From IMG/VR virus record IMGVR_UViG_3300046007_008038: a stretch of DNA of 20,000 nt, one strand, 5' to 3'. The notes beneath the pieces were generated by a model. The model searched no databases, was not told the origin of the DNA, and was given only the letters and a program-made list of their open reading frames with translations. This DNA comes from an uncultured virus (IMG/VR IMGVR_UViG_3300046007_008038) (taxonomy: Duplodnaviria; Heunggongvirae; Uroviricota; Caudoviricetes). Position 1 is the stretch's first letter. Every line of letters starts with the position of its first letter. A program made the translations under genes and the position numbers. This document shows, one piece after another, positions 1 through 9,113 of this stretch.

Positions 1-561
1 ATATCTAAATCTGAAATAGAGGAAAAGATTGATTTTTTAAATAATGATAAAGCTAAATTATTAAGAAATTTAGAGATAATGAAGTTTTGGGAAAAAGCTT
101 TCTCGGAAACAGGATTAATAAAATACATTATTAGAAATATCCTTAACTTTTTTAATGGTAGAATTAACTATTATCTTTCTTATTTATCAAATGGAAAATT
201 CTTTATTAAATTTGACGAAGAATTAAACGAGAAAATCTATACAAATCGAAAAGAGTTGTCTTTTATATCCTTATCTGGTGGTGAAAAGCGTAAAATAAGC
301 CTAGCAGTAATGTTAGGATTACAAAGTTTACTCACTAATACTAAAAGAGATAGCACTAACTTAATGTTTTTGGATGAAGTTGGTGAAAATTTAGATCAGG
401 ATGGTTTAGATGGACTCTACATACTACTATCCGAACTAAAGAAAGATAAGACTTTATTTATAATAACACATAACAATTATCTAAAATCGTTAATAGATAA
501 TTGTAAAGTCTTAACAGTAACAAAACAAAACGGTGTATCGTATCTATCAAGGAGATCTTAA
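1..561 (+). CDS. C-terminal part of a gp46/SbcC/Rad50-like recombination exonuclease ATPase subunit (5' truncated by the window)
   Basis: Frame is open from base 1. ABC signature SLSGGEKRK, Walker B LMFLDEV, H-loop IITH. Confidence 0.9.
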   Translation: MSKSEIEEKIDFLNNDKAKLLRNLEIMKFWEKAFSETGLIKYIIRNILNFFNGRINYYLSYLSNGKFFIKFDEELNEKIYTNRKELSFISLSGGEKRKISLAVMLGLQSLLTNTKRDSTNLMFLDEVGENLDQDGLDGLYILLSELKKDKTLFIITHNNYLKSLIDNCKVLTVTKQNGVSYLSRRS

Positions 562-2462
562 TGATTACGCAATTAAATAAACTAGGTCAAGAAATTTTCG
601 AAGCTCGCTATGCTTATCCCGGAGAGACTAAGTGGTCTGATAGAGCAAAAGCAATATCTAAAGTAATCGCTTCTGCTGAAAAAGACGATGAAAAGGAAAG
701 GGTCGAGAGAGCCTTCTATGAAGCTATTGCATCTGGAGACTTCATTCCCGGAGGTAGAATTATTTACGGCTCAGGTAGAAGCCGTAGACAGAATCTGCTA
801 AACTGTTTTGTCATCATACCAGAGGATAATGTTGATTCAATTGGAAAAACTGTAATGGATATGTATCGTATATCCTGTGCAGGAGGAGGGGTTGGATTTA
901 ATGTTAGTAAAATTAGACCCCGTGGTGATGATATAGGAAATGTTGCTAATTCTGCCCCCGGAGCAGTTTCCGTCCTACAAATGATCAACGAAGTAGGAAA
1001 CCATGTTCGTGCAGGAAAGAATCGTAGAACTGCTCTAATGGGTATTCTGAATGTAACTCATCCAGATATTCTTGAGTTCCTTCATGTTAAATTAGATCAA
1101 AAGCAATTAACTAATTTTAATATCTCAGTAGCTATTACTAATAGATTCTTAGAAGCTATTGAGTTTAATGAACCTTGGCATTTTACATTTAATAACAAGG
1201 AATATCATTGTTATGATGTAATTAGATTTAATACTGACCAGAACAGAAGAGAAAATATAACTGTTGTTGCTTTAAATGAGCAAGATGCAATTGCTCGTGC
1301 AAATAATTTCCATAAGCAACATTGGATGGATCAATTTGAGGTTGTTGGGAAGCAAGACTTCCGTGCTAGAGATTTATGGAATAAGATTTGGACTAACGCT
1401 GTTGAAAGCGGGGATCCGGGTATTTACAATATTGATCTAGCTAATAGTTATACTAATGTTTCTTACTTCGAAAAGTTGGATTCAACTAATCCATGTGGAG
1501 AAATTAGTTTACCTAGTTATGGTAATTGCTGCTTAGGTAATATTAACTTAAGCAATATGGTTACTGAAAACGGACAGGATGTAGATTGGAAGCGACTAGC
1601 AAAGACAATAAGAACAGGTGTTCGATTCTTGGATAATGTTCTTACTGTAAATTCATTCCCAACAGAAGAATGCAAGCAAGTAGGGGAGCGTTCTCGTAGA
1701 ATCGGGTTGGGTGTAACAGGGTTACACTATATGCTAATCAAGCTCGGTATACGGTATGGATCAGAGAAATGCTTGGAGTTCCTAGAAAGACTATTCTCAA
1801 CAATCCGTGACGAGGCTTATATGCAATCGGTATATCTAGCCAGAGACAAGGCTCCATTCCCTGCATTTGAATCTGGTCTATACTTAAGAGAAGAATTTGC
1901 CAAGACACTCCCAGCTAGAATCCGTATGTTAATCAAGAGATATGGTATTCGTAATGCTGTAATGCTTACAATACCACCTTGTGGTACAATTTCTATGTTG
2001 CATGGTGTATCAAGCGGAATCGAACCTATTTTTGCTGCCATGTATCATCGTCGTTGGAGACATGCGAATGTTTGGAAGGAAGAAGTTGTAGTGGACCCCT
2101 TGTTCCAAGAGTACTATAACCAAAATAAAAAGTTAGATGTATTCGTGGGTGCTTACGATGTAACTCCAGAAGAGCATATTAAAGTACAAGCTACAATTCA
2201 AAAGTATATTGATTCCTGCATAAGTAAAACAATTAACCTACCAGCATCAGCCAAGCCTGAAGATTTTAATCAATCTTCTTTGGAATATGCACAATACTTG
2301 AAGGGGTTAACTGTATATCGTGCAGGTTCTAAGGGGCAAGAACCACTAGCAGCAATCCCACTCACTACTGAAAATATTGAAAAATACATGAAAACTTCAG
2401 TAGAGACTGGCGTAGCTGATGGACAAGCGTGTTCTATGGTTGGAGGAGGCTGTGGTGCCTGA
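561..2462 (+). CDS. nrdJ: Class II (adenosylcobalamin-dependent) ribonucleotide reductase, no ATP cone
   Basis: Motifs PGGRI, NCFV, GGGVG, NFNISV, TNPCGEI, TIPPCGTIS, SSGIEP, SKTINLP, KGLTVYRAGS and a C-terminal Cys pair. No beta subunit gene adjacent. Confidence 0.88.
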   Translation: MITQLNKLGQEIFEARYAYPGETKWSDRAKAISKVIASAEKDDEKERVERAFYEAIASGDFIPGGRIIYGSGRSRRQNLLNCFVIIPEDNVDSIGKTVMDMYRISCAGGGVGFNVSKIRPRGDDIGNVANSAPGAVSVLQMINEVGNHVRAGKNRRTALMGILNVTHPDILEFLHVKLDQKQLTNFNISVAITNRFLEAIEFNEPWHFTFNNKEYHCYDVIRFNTDQNRRENITVVALNEQDAIARANNFHKQHWMDQFEVVGKQDFRARDLWNKIWTNAVESGDPGIYNIDLANSYTNVSYFEKLDSTNPCGEISLPSYGNCCLGNINLSNMVTENGQDVDWKRLAKTIRTGVRFLDNVLTVNSFPTEECKQVGERSRRIGLGVTGLHYMLIKLGIRYGSEKCLEFLERLFSTIRDEAYMQSVYLARDKAPFPAFESGLYLREEFAKTLPARIRMLIKRYGIRNAVMLTIPPCGTISMLHGVSSGIEPIFAAMYHRRWRHANVWKEEVVVDPLFQEYYNQNKKLDVFVGAYDVTPEEHIKVQATIQKYIDSCISKTINLPASAKPEDFNQSSLEYAQYLKGLTVYRAGSKGQEPLAAIPLTTENIEKYMKTSVETGVADGQACSMVGGGCGA

Positions 2463-2932
2463 TGCCTATCTACGAATACAACTGTGAAAATTGTATGATT
2501 ATTTGGGAGTCAGAAGCTCGTATAGGCAAGGCTCCCAAAAAAATCAAATGTAAACAGTGCAAAGCTAAATGTGAAAGATATTTCTGTGAAATAAATTTTA
2601 GTTTTGGCGATGATGGTTGTGGTGGAGCAGCTAATAAAGGTGCTATGGATTTCTACACAGTAAAGCAAAGGTATCGTAAATTTGCTGCAAAGGGATTTGA
2701 CAAGGATTCAGCTAATAAATTCTTAAAAAGATCCATAGCAGAGTCTGGGGAAAGACTTTCCCAAAAAGAAGGTAGATATAAACAAGTAAGTTTTAATTGG
2801 GAAAAAATGGCTAAAGATGGAGTAATTAAAAAGTTGTCTGATAAGGAGACTTCAGAAAAAATTGAAAGGTCAAGAAAAATAACCGAGGATATCTCTAATA
2901 GACATACTTCTGTAACCAAGAAGAAGAAGTGA
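2462..2932 (+). CDS. FmdB-like zinc-ribbon protein
   Basis: MPIYEYNCENC...KCKQC pattern. ATG at 2462 overlaps the nrdJ stop (TGATG) and is preferred over 2429. Confidence 0.75.
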   Translation: MPIYEYNCENCMIIWESEARIGKAPKKIKCKQCKAKCERYFCEINFSFGDDGCGGAANKGAMDFYTVKQRYRKFAAKGFDKDSANKFLKRSIAESGERLSQKEGRYKQVSFNWEKMAKDGVIKKLSDKETSEKIERSRKITEDISNRHTSVTKKKK

Positions 2933-2933
2933 A

Positions 2934-4247
2934 ATGGCATACCAATTCAACGAGAACATTCAACGGGCAATACTTTATTTCCTCAAGTCCAACAACGATT
3001 TCTATCTACAAATCGTAGGACTTGTAAAACCTCAGTATTTTGAGTTTCCTAGTCACAGTAAGATTTTTACTGTAGTCCAGTCTTACTATGATAAATATCA
3101 TACACTACCATCAGATGTATTTATCTTAGAAGATCTTAAGAAAGATCTTGGATCTAGAGAACATATCTCAGATTATGAAGATGAGTTAAATTATATTAAC
3201 TCCTTGGATACTTCAACAATCAATAATTCAGAATATGTTGTTGATTTGATTGAATCGTTTGCCAAGAAAGAAGCTATGAAAGCTGCTATTGCAGAAAGCA
3301 TCCTTCTAATCAAGGAGAACAAGGTTGAGCAGGTTGAGGAATTAGTAAGGAAGGCACTTCTAGTTGGTAAAACAGTAGATATTGGGCAAGATTATTTTAC
3401 TGATTTTTCTGATCGCTGGACTAGAACTTTTAGTAAGGATAAAACATCGGTAAAATTTAGAACTGTATTCCCTTCAATAGATAAATCTTTGGAAGGCGGA
3501 TTAGGTTCTAAGGAGCTAGCCATGGTTGTTGCACCCCCCGGAGTAGGCAAGTCTCTTTATCTAGTTAATCAAGGTGTTCAAGCTCTGATTGACGGCCACA
3601 ATGTGCTCTATATTTCTCTTGAAATGAGTGAAGATAAGATTGCACAGAGGTTTGATTCAATCATGACTCTAGTCCCCCAAGCTAAGTTGAAAGATCCTAA
3701 GCATCAACTAACTGTAAAGGAACGATTGGATAAGTTTCAGACTGTGTTCAAAGGTAAATTGGTTATTAAAGAATACCCAACTTTGATGGCATCAGTCAAT
3801 ACAATTAGAAGTTTACTTGTTCAACTTAAGAATCATAATGATTTTGTCCCACAAATTATTATTATTGATTATCTTGAACTATTGCGTTCCACTAGAGATA
3901 TTCAACATGAGTATCAAGCCCAGCAACGAATTGCAGAAGAACTTCGTGGTTTAGCCATGGAACAAGATATTTTAATTTGGACTGCGACACAAACTAACCG
4001 CCAAGGTAGAATGCGTAGTATTATCACGGATGTCGAGCTTGGAGATTCTTATGGTAAAATTCGCCCTTGTGATTTCTCCATGTCTTTAAACCAGACTGAA
4101 GAAGAATTTGATAATGGTATGATGAGAGTATATATTATGAAGTCTAGAAACGGGGTCCCTAGATTTACGGTTCCAGCTAAAGTAGACTATAACATTCTTC
4201 GAATGTCAGAGTGTGATGACCCTGTAAGGAGTATAGAAAATGAGTGA
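2934..4247 (+). CDS. Replicative DNA helicase, T4 gp41/DnaB-like
   Basis: Walker A APPGVGKS, YISLEMS, IIIDYLELL, WTATQTNR, KSRNG. Confidence 0.92.
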   Translation: MAYQFNENIQRAILYFLKSNNDFYLQIVGLVKPQYFEFPSHSKIFTVVQSYYDKYHTLPSDVFILEDLKKDLGSREHISDYEDELNYINSLDTSTINNSEYVVDLIESFAKKEAMKAAIAESILLIKENKVEQVEELVRKALLVGKTVDIGQDYFTDFSDRWTRTFSKDKTSVKFRTVFPSIDKSLEGGLGSKELAMVVAPPGVGKSLYLVNQGVQALIDGHNVLYISLEMSEDKIAQRFDSIMTLVPQAKLKDPKHQLTVKERLDKFQTVFKGKLVIKEYPTLMASVNTIRSLLVQLKNHNDFVPQIIIIDYLELLRSTRDIQHEYQAQQRIAEELRGLAMEQDILIWTATQTNRQGRMRSIITDVELGDSYGKIRPCDFSMSLNQTEEEFDNGMMRVYIMKSRNGVPRFTVPAKVDYNILRMSECDDPVRSIENE

Positions 4248-4560
4248 TATTAACCCTAGAGAAATTTTCGTTAGAAGACAAACAAAAAGAAGTAGATTTT
4301 CAGTACAAAGATCTGGTATTTGGGGATTTGAAAACTATAATAATTATACAATTACAAATGTCATAGATGGTGTTTTTTATTATAAAATACCTTTTAAGTT
4401 TGGGGTACTTGATTCTGGACAGTTTAATCCAAATATTTTACAAAAAATTGGAGAGGCTGGAGATTATTTAAGTGTTGATCAACTAGGAAACCTAGATATT
4501 CTTACAGAAGCTAACTTTTTATTGAAAAATCCTAATTTAAATAAAAATAAATCTACTTGA
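4240..4560 (+). CDS. Hypothetical phage protein
   Basis: 106 aa ORF coupled to the helicase, with AGGAG upstream. The GEAGDYL segment is weakly reminiscent of small phage PGDY-type proteins. Confidence 0.6.
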   Translation: MSDINPREIFVRRQTKRSRFSVQRSGIWGFENYNNYTITNVIDGVFYYKIPFKFGVLDSGQFNPNILQKIGEAGDYLSVDQLGNLDILTEANFLLKNPNLNKNKST

Positions 4561-4602
4561 CTACTCTTATAAATTCATGACCGTACTATACAAAGCACTA
4601 CA

Positions 4603-5037
4603 ATGAGCCAAACTTTAGAAAAATCACTAGATAACTTTACTTGGGAAAACTACCACATTATTTCTGATAATGTGTTGAAGTTTGACGATGTTAGTGTAGA
4701 CTCTGAACTATCGAAACAAGCGTCCACATACTCGTATTACCATGCGCTAATGGCACTAGCTAAGAAAAAGCTATCTGATGCCGAAACTGACCATGGTCAG
4801 TACATGGCAACGCTCCGTAAGAATGTTCGTATTGAGAATCCCTCTAAACTAACTGCCAAAGATCTTGATGATGCTGTACTGGCTGACGAAACCAACAAAG
4901 AACACCTAAACTTAATCAATGAGCTATCGTTCCGTTACGAGCTATTGAAGGGTTTGGTTAGGGCACTTGAGCAGAAGAAAGATATGCTGCAACAGGTGTC
5001 CGCAAACAAGCGTGAAGAAACTAAACTTTACAAATAA
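4603..5037 (+). CDS. UvsY-like recombination mediator protein
   Basis: 144 aa helical protein ending LVRALEQKKDMLQQVSANKREE, located immediately before the gp32-like SSB. Confidence 0.7.
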   Translation: MSQTLEKSLDNFTWENYHIISDNVLKFDDVSVDSELSKQASTYSYYHALMALAKKKLSDAETDHGQYMATLRKNVRIENPSKLTAKDLDDAVLADETNKEHLNLINELSFRYELLKGLVRALEQKKDMLQQVSANKREETKLYK

Positions 5038-5051
5038 CAGGAGAACTGAAT

Positions 5052-5801
5052 ATGGGTATTGATCTTAATGCGCTTCGTAAGAAGCACGAAGAACTTATGG
5101 GCAAGAACAAGGGTGGAGGAGGAGATGACTTCATCAAGAAGTTTTATCAGGTAAAGGATGGATCCAATACCATCCGTATCCTACCATCTAAGACAGAAGA
5201 AAAAGAATTCTATGCTGAGACTAAGATCCATAGAATTCCGATGGAAAATGGGCAAGTAAAGAATGTCCATTGTCGCAAGATCCATAACGAATCTTGCCCG
5301 TTGTGTGATCTTTATTACAGTCTTTGGAAGACTGCGAAGAAGGAAGATGAAGCTCTGGCACGGCTAATCAAGCCTCGTTCAAGATATTACATGAATATTC
5401 TGGATCGAGAGACTAACGATGTTAAGATTCTTTCCATCGGGATGATTCTCTTCCAGAAGATTGTTGGGGCCATGATTGATTCAGACTTTGGCGATATCAC
5501 TGACATTGAGAAGGGTCATGATTTCAAGATTGTTAAGCATATGGAGGGTCAATGGCCCCGCTATGATCAGTCCCAGCCCCGTCCAAAGTCTTCACCTTTG
5601 GGAACAAAGGCTGAAATCGCAAAGGTTATGGATACACTCCACGATATCCATGGTCTAGTCAAGTTGGAAGAGTATGATGAGGTTAAGAGAATTGCTGAAA
5701 CACTTGCCATTGGAGGTAAGTTGACCCCCTCTGAAAAAGATGCTCCCAACGAAGAATCTGAAGAAGAAGGTGGAGATTATATTTCTAAACTAAGGAGTTG
5801 A
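5052..5801 (+). CDS. gp32-like single-stranded DNA-binding protein
   Basis: IRILP, H..C..CPLC Zn motif, RYYMNILDR, DITDIEKGHDFKI, acidic C-terminal tail; GGAG RBS. Confidence 0.85.
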   Translation: MGIDLNALRKKHEELMGKNKGGGGDDFIKKFYQVKDGSNTIRILPSKTEEKEFYAETKIHRIPMENGQVKNVHCRKIHNESCPLCDLYYSLWKTAKKEDEALARLIKPRSRYYMNILDRETNDVKILSIGMILFQKIVGAMIDSDFGDITDIEKGHDFKIVKHMEGQWPRYDQSQPRPKSSPLGTKAEIAKVMDTLHDIHGLVKLEEYDEVKRIAETLAIGGKLTPSEKDAPNEESEEEGGDYISKLRS

Positions 5802-5804
5802 TTA

Positions 5805-6428
5805 ATGAAAAACTTTGTTATTGTTGGCTTGCTTGCTTTTGGGCTGTTTAGTTGTGCTGGCTTCACTTTTGGAAGTGGGCATACTGAACAACCTGTAGCA
5901 CCCCTTGTTATTACAGAAACTAGTAATGTCACTGCTGAATCCTTGAAAAATCAGCAATCAGTAGTGATTCCAATAGAAACTCTAGGCGGTGATGTTGGGG
6001 ATGCATTAAAGGGCGAGTTTGAACGGCGAGGTACTCAACCTGTTATTACTACAAAGGATCATCTAACAAATGCCGCAGGTGCTATGGTGGTTACTTTGGA
6101 TGCTAATGCAACACAAGAGGTACTTTCACCGAATGTAATTAGTTTAATTGCAAATGTTTTTGGGTCAACGATTCCGGGATCAGCACCGTGGATGCAATTG
6201 CTGATCGTCATTCTACCCTTCCTATCCAGCCGCTTCCGCAAGCATACTGTAACGGCTGTTAGGAGAATTGTCCCCGGAGTTGAAGGTCCGAACCAAGACG
6301 GAAAGGTGCCTGATTTTGATGACTTGCGTGAGGCTGTGATTGACTTGACTAAGGCAGTCACTTTGGCACCTAAGGAATCTCAGGATGTTATCGTTAAGCA
6401 AAAAAATCAAGAAATAATGCATGATTGA
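5805..6428 (+). CDS. Putative lipoprotein with an internal hydrophobic membrane segment
   Basis: Signal peptide with lipobox-like LFSC (Cys17). Hydrophobic stretch VISLIANVFG..PWMQLLIVILPFL is followed by basic SSRFRKH. AGGAG RBS. Confidence 0.65.
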   Translation: MKNFVIVGLLAFGLFSCAGFTFGSGHTEQPVAPLVITETSNVTAESLKNQQSVVIPIETLGGDVGDALKGEFERRGTQPVITTKDHLTNAAGAMVVTLDANATQEVLSPNVISLIANVFGSTIPGSAPWMQLLIVILPFLSSRFRKHTVTAVRRIVPGVEGPNQDGKVPDFDDLREAVIDLTKAVTLAPKESQDVIVKQKNQEIMHD

Positions 6429-6446
6429 TTTAAATAACTGACTTTT

Positions 6447-6486
6447 ATAAGAGCAGGGATTTACCCTCCCTGCTCTTATTTTTTTT
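6447..6486 (+). terminator. Intrinsic terminator
   Basis: 13-bp stem ATAAGAGCAGGGA/TCCCTGCTCTTAT, 7-nt loop, T-run ending at 6486. Confidence 0.8.
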
Positions 6487-7653
6487 ATGAGTGATAAATT
6501 AAAAATATTGGTTTGCCCTGCTAATGAAGGCGGTTGTGCTTATTACAGGGCCATAGTTCCATATAAAAAACTTGCTGAATTATATCCTGATAAGGTAGAA
6601 GTTAGAATGAACTTTAACCCCTTGGGAGTTGATCCCAGTTCAGGACAATGGATACCTAATTGGCCCTTTGAGGATATGAAATGGGCTGATATAGTAATGG
6701 TTAGCAACCTGAGTAACTACGGTGGAAACTATACAGCTAGAATCGTAGGTAAGGCTAAAGAGTTTGGCAAGTTTGTACACTACGATACAGATGATCTATT
6801 AACTGATTTGTACAAAGGACATAGATTGTATGGTGTTTATCAAGAGCGAGGGTTAGGAGAAATAACTAAGTTTATATATCATCACTCAGATTTAGTCTCA
6901 GTAACTCAACAAAAGTTTGCTAGTAGAATAAAACCATTCTGTACAAAATACTTAGCGGTTATAAAGAATTCAATAGATTATAATCTTCCTTGCTGGAATA
7001 TGCAAAGGGTTCTGTTGAAGAAGAACATTTGCCGTTTTGGTTGGGCAGGAGGGATTCACCATGAGCAGGATCTCCATGTATTTGCTGGTGTCCCTGCAAT
7101 GGTTAATCAGCGTGTAGGCCCACAGAATTGCAGATGGGATTTTTATGGGCATCCTCCACCAGACACAAAGAAAGACGATTGGCAAGTATCTGTTTGGAAG
7201 AATTACAAAGCTAAGTTCCTAGGTAATATGAAGAGGGACACTAATTTTGGAATTCATTATGCATTACCTACAGATAGATATGGATCATTCTTTACTAATA
7301 TGGATGTTGCATTAGCACCGTTAGAAATGAATGAGTTTAATGATTCCAAGTCTGAGATTAAGGTAGCAGAATGTGGAAGATATCAAATTCCTTTGGTAGC
7401 TTCTAATGTTGGGTGCTATGATGAATGGATAATAAATGGAGAGACTGGATACCTAATAGATCATGATGCACCTAAAACTGAATGGGTGCGTATATTGACT
7501 AAGATAGCTAAAGAAAGAGATCATCGAGAGGAGATGGGTAGAAGACTTTATAAGCTAACAGAAGAAAACTTTGATCTTAACAAAGTTGCTATAAATAGAC
7601 TTAAGATCTATGAGCAACTATTGAGGAAACCCATACAGGTTCAAGCAGTATGA
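6487..7653 (+). CDS. Glycosyltransferase, GT-B fold (GT4-like)
   Basis: GCAYYR, DTDDLL, GWAGGIHHEQDL, DVALAPLEMNEFNDSKSEIKVAECG, PLVASNVGCY, GETGYL. Confidence 0.85.
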   Translation: MSDKLKILVCPANEGGCAYYRAIVPYKKLAELYPDKVEVRMNFNPLGVDPSSGQWIPNWPFEDMKWADIVMVSNLSNYGGNYTARIVGKAKEFGKFVHYDTDDLLTDLYKGHRLYGVYQERGLGEITKFIYHHSDLVSVTQQKFASRIKPFCTKYLAVIKNSIDYNLPCWNMQRVLLKKNICRFGWAGGIHHEQDLHVFAGVPAMVNQRVGPQNCRWDFYGHPPPDTKKDDWQVSVWKNYKAKFLGNMKRDTNFGIHYALPTDRYGSFFTNMDVALAPLEMNEFNDSKSEIKVAECGRYQIPLVASNVGCYDEWIINGETGYLIDHDAPKTEWVRILTKIAKERDHREEMGRRLYKLTEENFDLNKVAINRLKIYEQLLRKPIQVQAV

Positions 7654-7967
7654 AAACTTTTAAACACTCAGGTGATTTGGGGGATATAATTTATTCGTTA
7701 CCTACCATGAAAGATTTAGGTGGAGGTATACTTTACTTAGATGTTTTAGGTGGTGCAGACGATGAATATTGCAAATTACAATTAAAGTATCCTTGAGACG
7801 GAAAAACTAAATTTAACCAAAAAGGATTTGATTTTTTAGACTATGATTATATTGGTGCTCCATGGTTAGAAGTACCAATTAGTGATGATTGTAAAGTTGG
7901 AAATGGTGGATTTTCTCTAAGAAGTAAAAAATTATTAGAGGAAACTTCCTTACTTCATGAGGTTATA
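7650..7967 (+). pseudogene. Chimeric relic: GT9/heptosyltransferase-like N-terminus fused to a DUF5672-like fragment, with an internal TGA
   Basis: Manual translation from ATG 7650: MKTFKHSGDLGDIIYSLPTMKDLGGGILYLD...KYP*DGKTKFNQKGFDFLDYDYIGAPW...VGNGGFSLRSKKLL. Stop at 7794-7796. Confidence 0.7.
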
Positions 7968-9113
7968 ATGCAAAAAAATATCCCATTATTTAAAGTTTTT
8001 ATGTCAGATTCCGCAGCAGCGGAAGTCACCAAAGTTTTGAACTCTGGCTTCATTGGACAAGGCCCAAAAGTTGAAGAGTTTGAGAAAGAACTGCGTTCTT
8101 ATTTCAACCACGATTATGTTTTGACACTGAACGCAGGTACTTCTGTACTTCATTTAGCATTGCATCTTTTAAAAAAACCGACAGATTCTTGGTCTGGTTT
8201 AGAAGATGGTGATGAAGTTCTTGCTACCCCATTAACTTGCACGGCATCTAATTGGCCTATACTTGCAAATGGTTTGAAGATTAAATGGGTAGATATTGAT
8301 CCAAAAACATTAAATATGGATTTGGATGATTTGGCTAGAAAAATATCTCCAAAAACAAAAGTAATAATGCTTGTACATTGGGGTGGGTATCCAAATGATT
8401 TAGATAAAATAAAGCAGATACAAGAAACCGCAAAAGCTATGTACGGTTTCAAGCCAGCAGTAATAGAAGATGGGGCACACTCATTTGGTTCAACTTATAA
8501 GGGTAAACCAATAGGCACTCATGGTAATCTAACCATATATTCTTTACAAGCTATTAAACATATTACTAGCGTAGATGGTGGATTACTATTGAGTCCTCAT
8601 AGAGAATTACACAAAAGAGCAAAACTAACCAGATGGTATGGAATTGATAGAGATTCAGATAGAAAAGATTTTAGATGTGAAGCTGATATTGAGGAATGGG
8701 GATTTAAATTTCACATGAATGATGTGTGTGCTGCAATAGGTAAAGAAAACTTAAAGTATAGTAATAAAATAATTTCTAAGCATAAAGAAAATGCGAAATT
8801 TTATGATTCTAATTTGAATAACATTTCTGGATTAAGACTCTTGGAAAGACAACAAGGGTATGATTCTTCCTTCTGGATTTATAGCATACTTGTAGATAGA
8901 CGAGATGATTTTTCTAGGTACATGAAGGAAAAGGGTATAATGACATCTCAGGTTCATGAAAGAAACGATAAGCATACTTGTGTGCGGCAATATAGATCTC
9001 AGTTACCTACCTTAGATCAAACAATAGGTAAACTATCAGCCTTGCCAGTCGGCTGGTGGGTATCCAACGAAGATACTGAATATGTTGTTGATTGTATTAA
9101 AAGAGGTTGGTAA
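7968..9113 (+). CDS. DegT/DnrJ/EryC1/StrS family PLP-dependent sugar aminotransferase
   Basis: GPKVEEFE, NAGTSVLHLAL, VHWGG, IEDGAHSFG, SLQAIKHITSVDGG (PLP lysine); GAGG RBS. Confidence 0.92.
   Translation: MQKNIPLFKVFMSDSAAAEVTKVLNSGFIGQGPKVEEFEKELRSYFNHDYVLTLNAGTSVLHLALHLLKKPTDSWSGLEDGDEVLATPLTCTASNWPILANGLKIKWVDIDPKTLNMDLDDLARKISPKTKVIMLVHWGGYPNDLDKIKQIQETAKAMYGFKPAVIEDGAHSFGSTYKGKPIGTHGNLTIYSLQAIKHITSVDGGLLLSPHRELHKRAKLTRWYGIDRDSDRKDFRCEADIEEWGFKFHMNDVCAAIGKENLKYSNKIISKHKENAKFYDSNLNNISGLRLLERQQGYDSSFWIYSILVDRRDDFSRYMKEKGIMTSQVHERNDKHTCVRQYRSQLPTLDQTIGKLSALPVGWWVSNEDTEYVVDCIKRGW

Noticed and set aside
561..4247. Inteins or introns in RNR or helicase
   Set aside because: The ORFs are continuous and of ordinary length, with no C...HN-C/S/T splice junction or homing endonuclease motifs.
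7794..7796. In-frame TGA as selenocysteine or genome-wide TGA recoding
   Set aside because: No SECIS-like hairpin follows, the context is not a redox motif, and TGA is the commonest true stop in the window.
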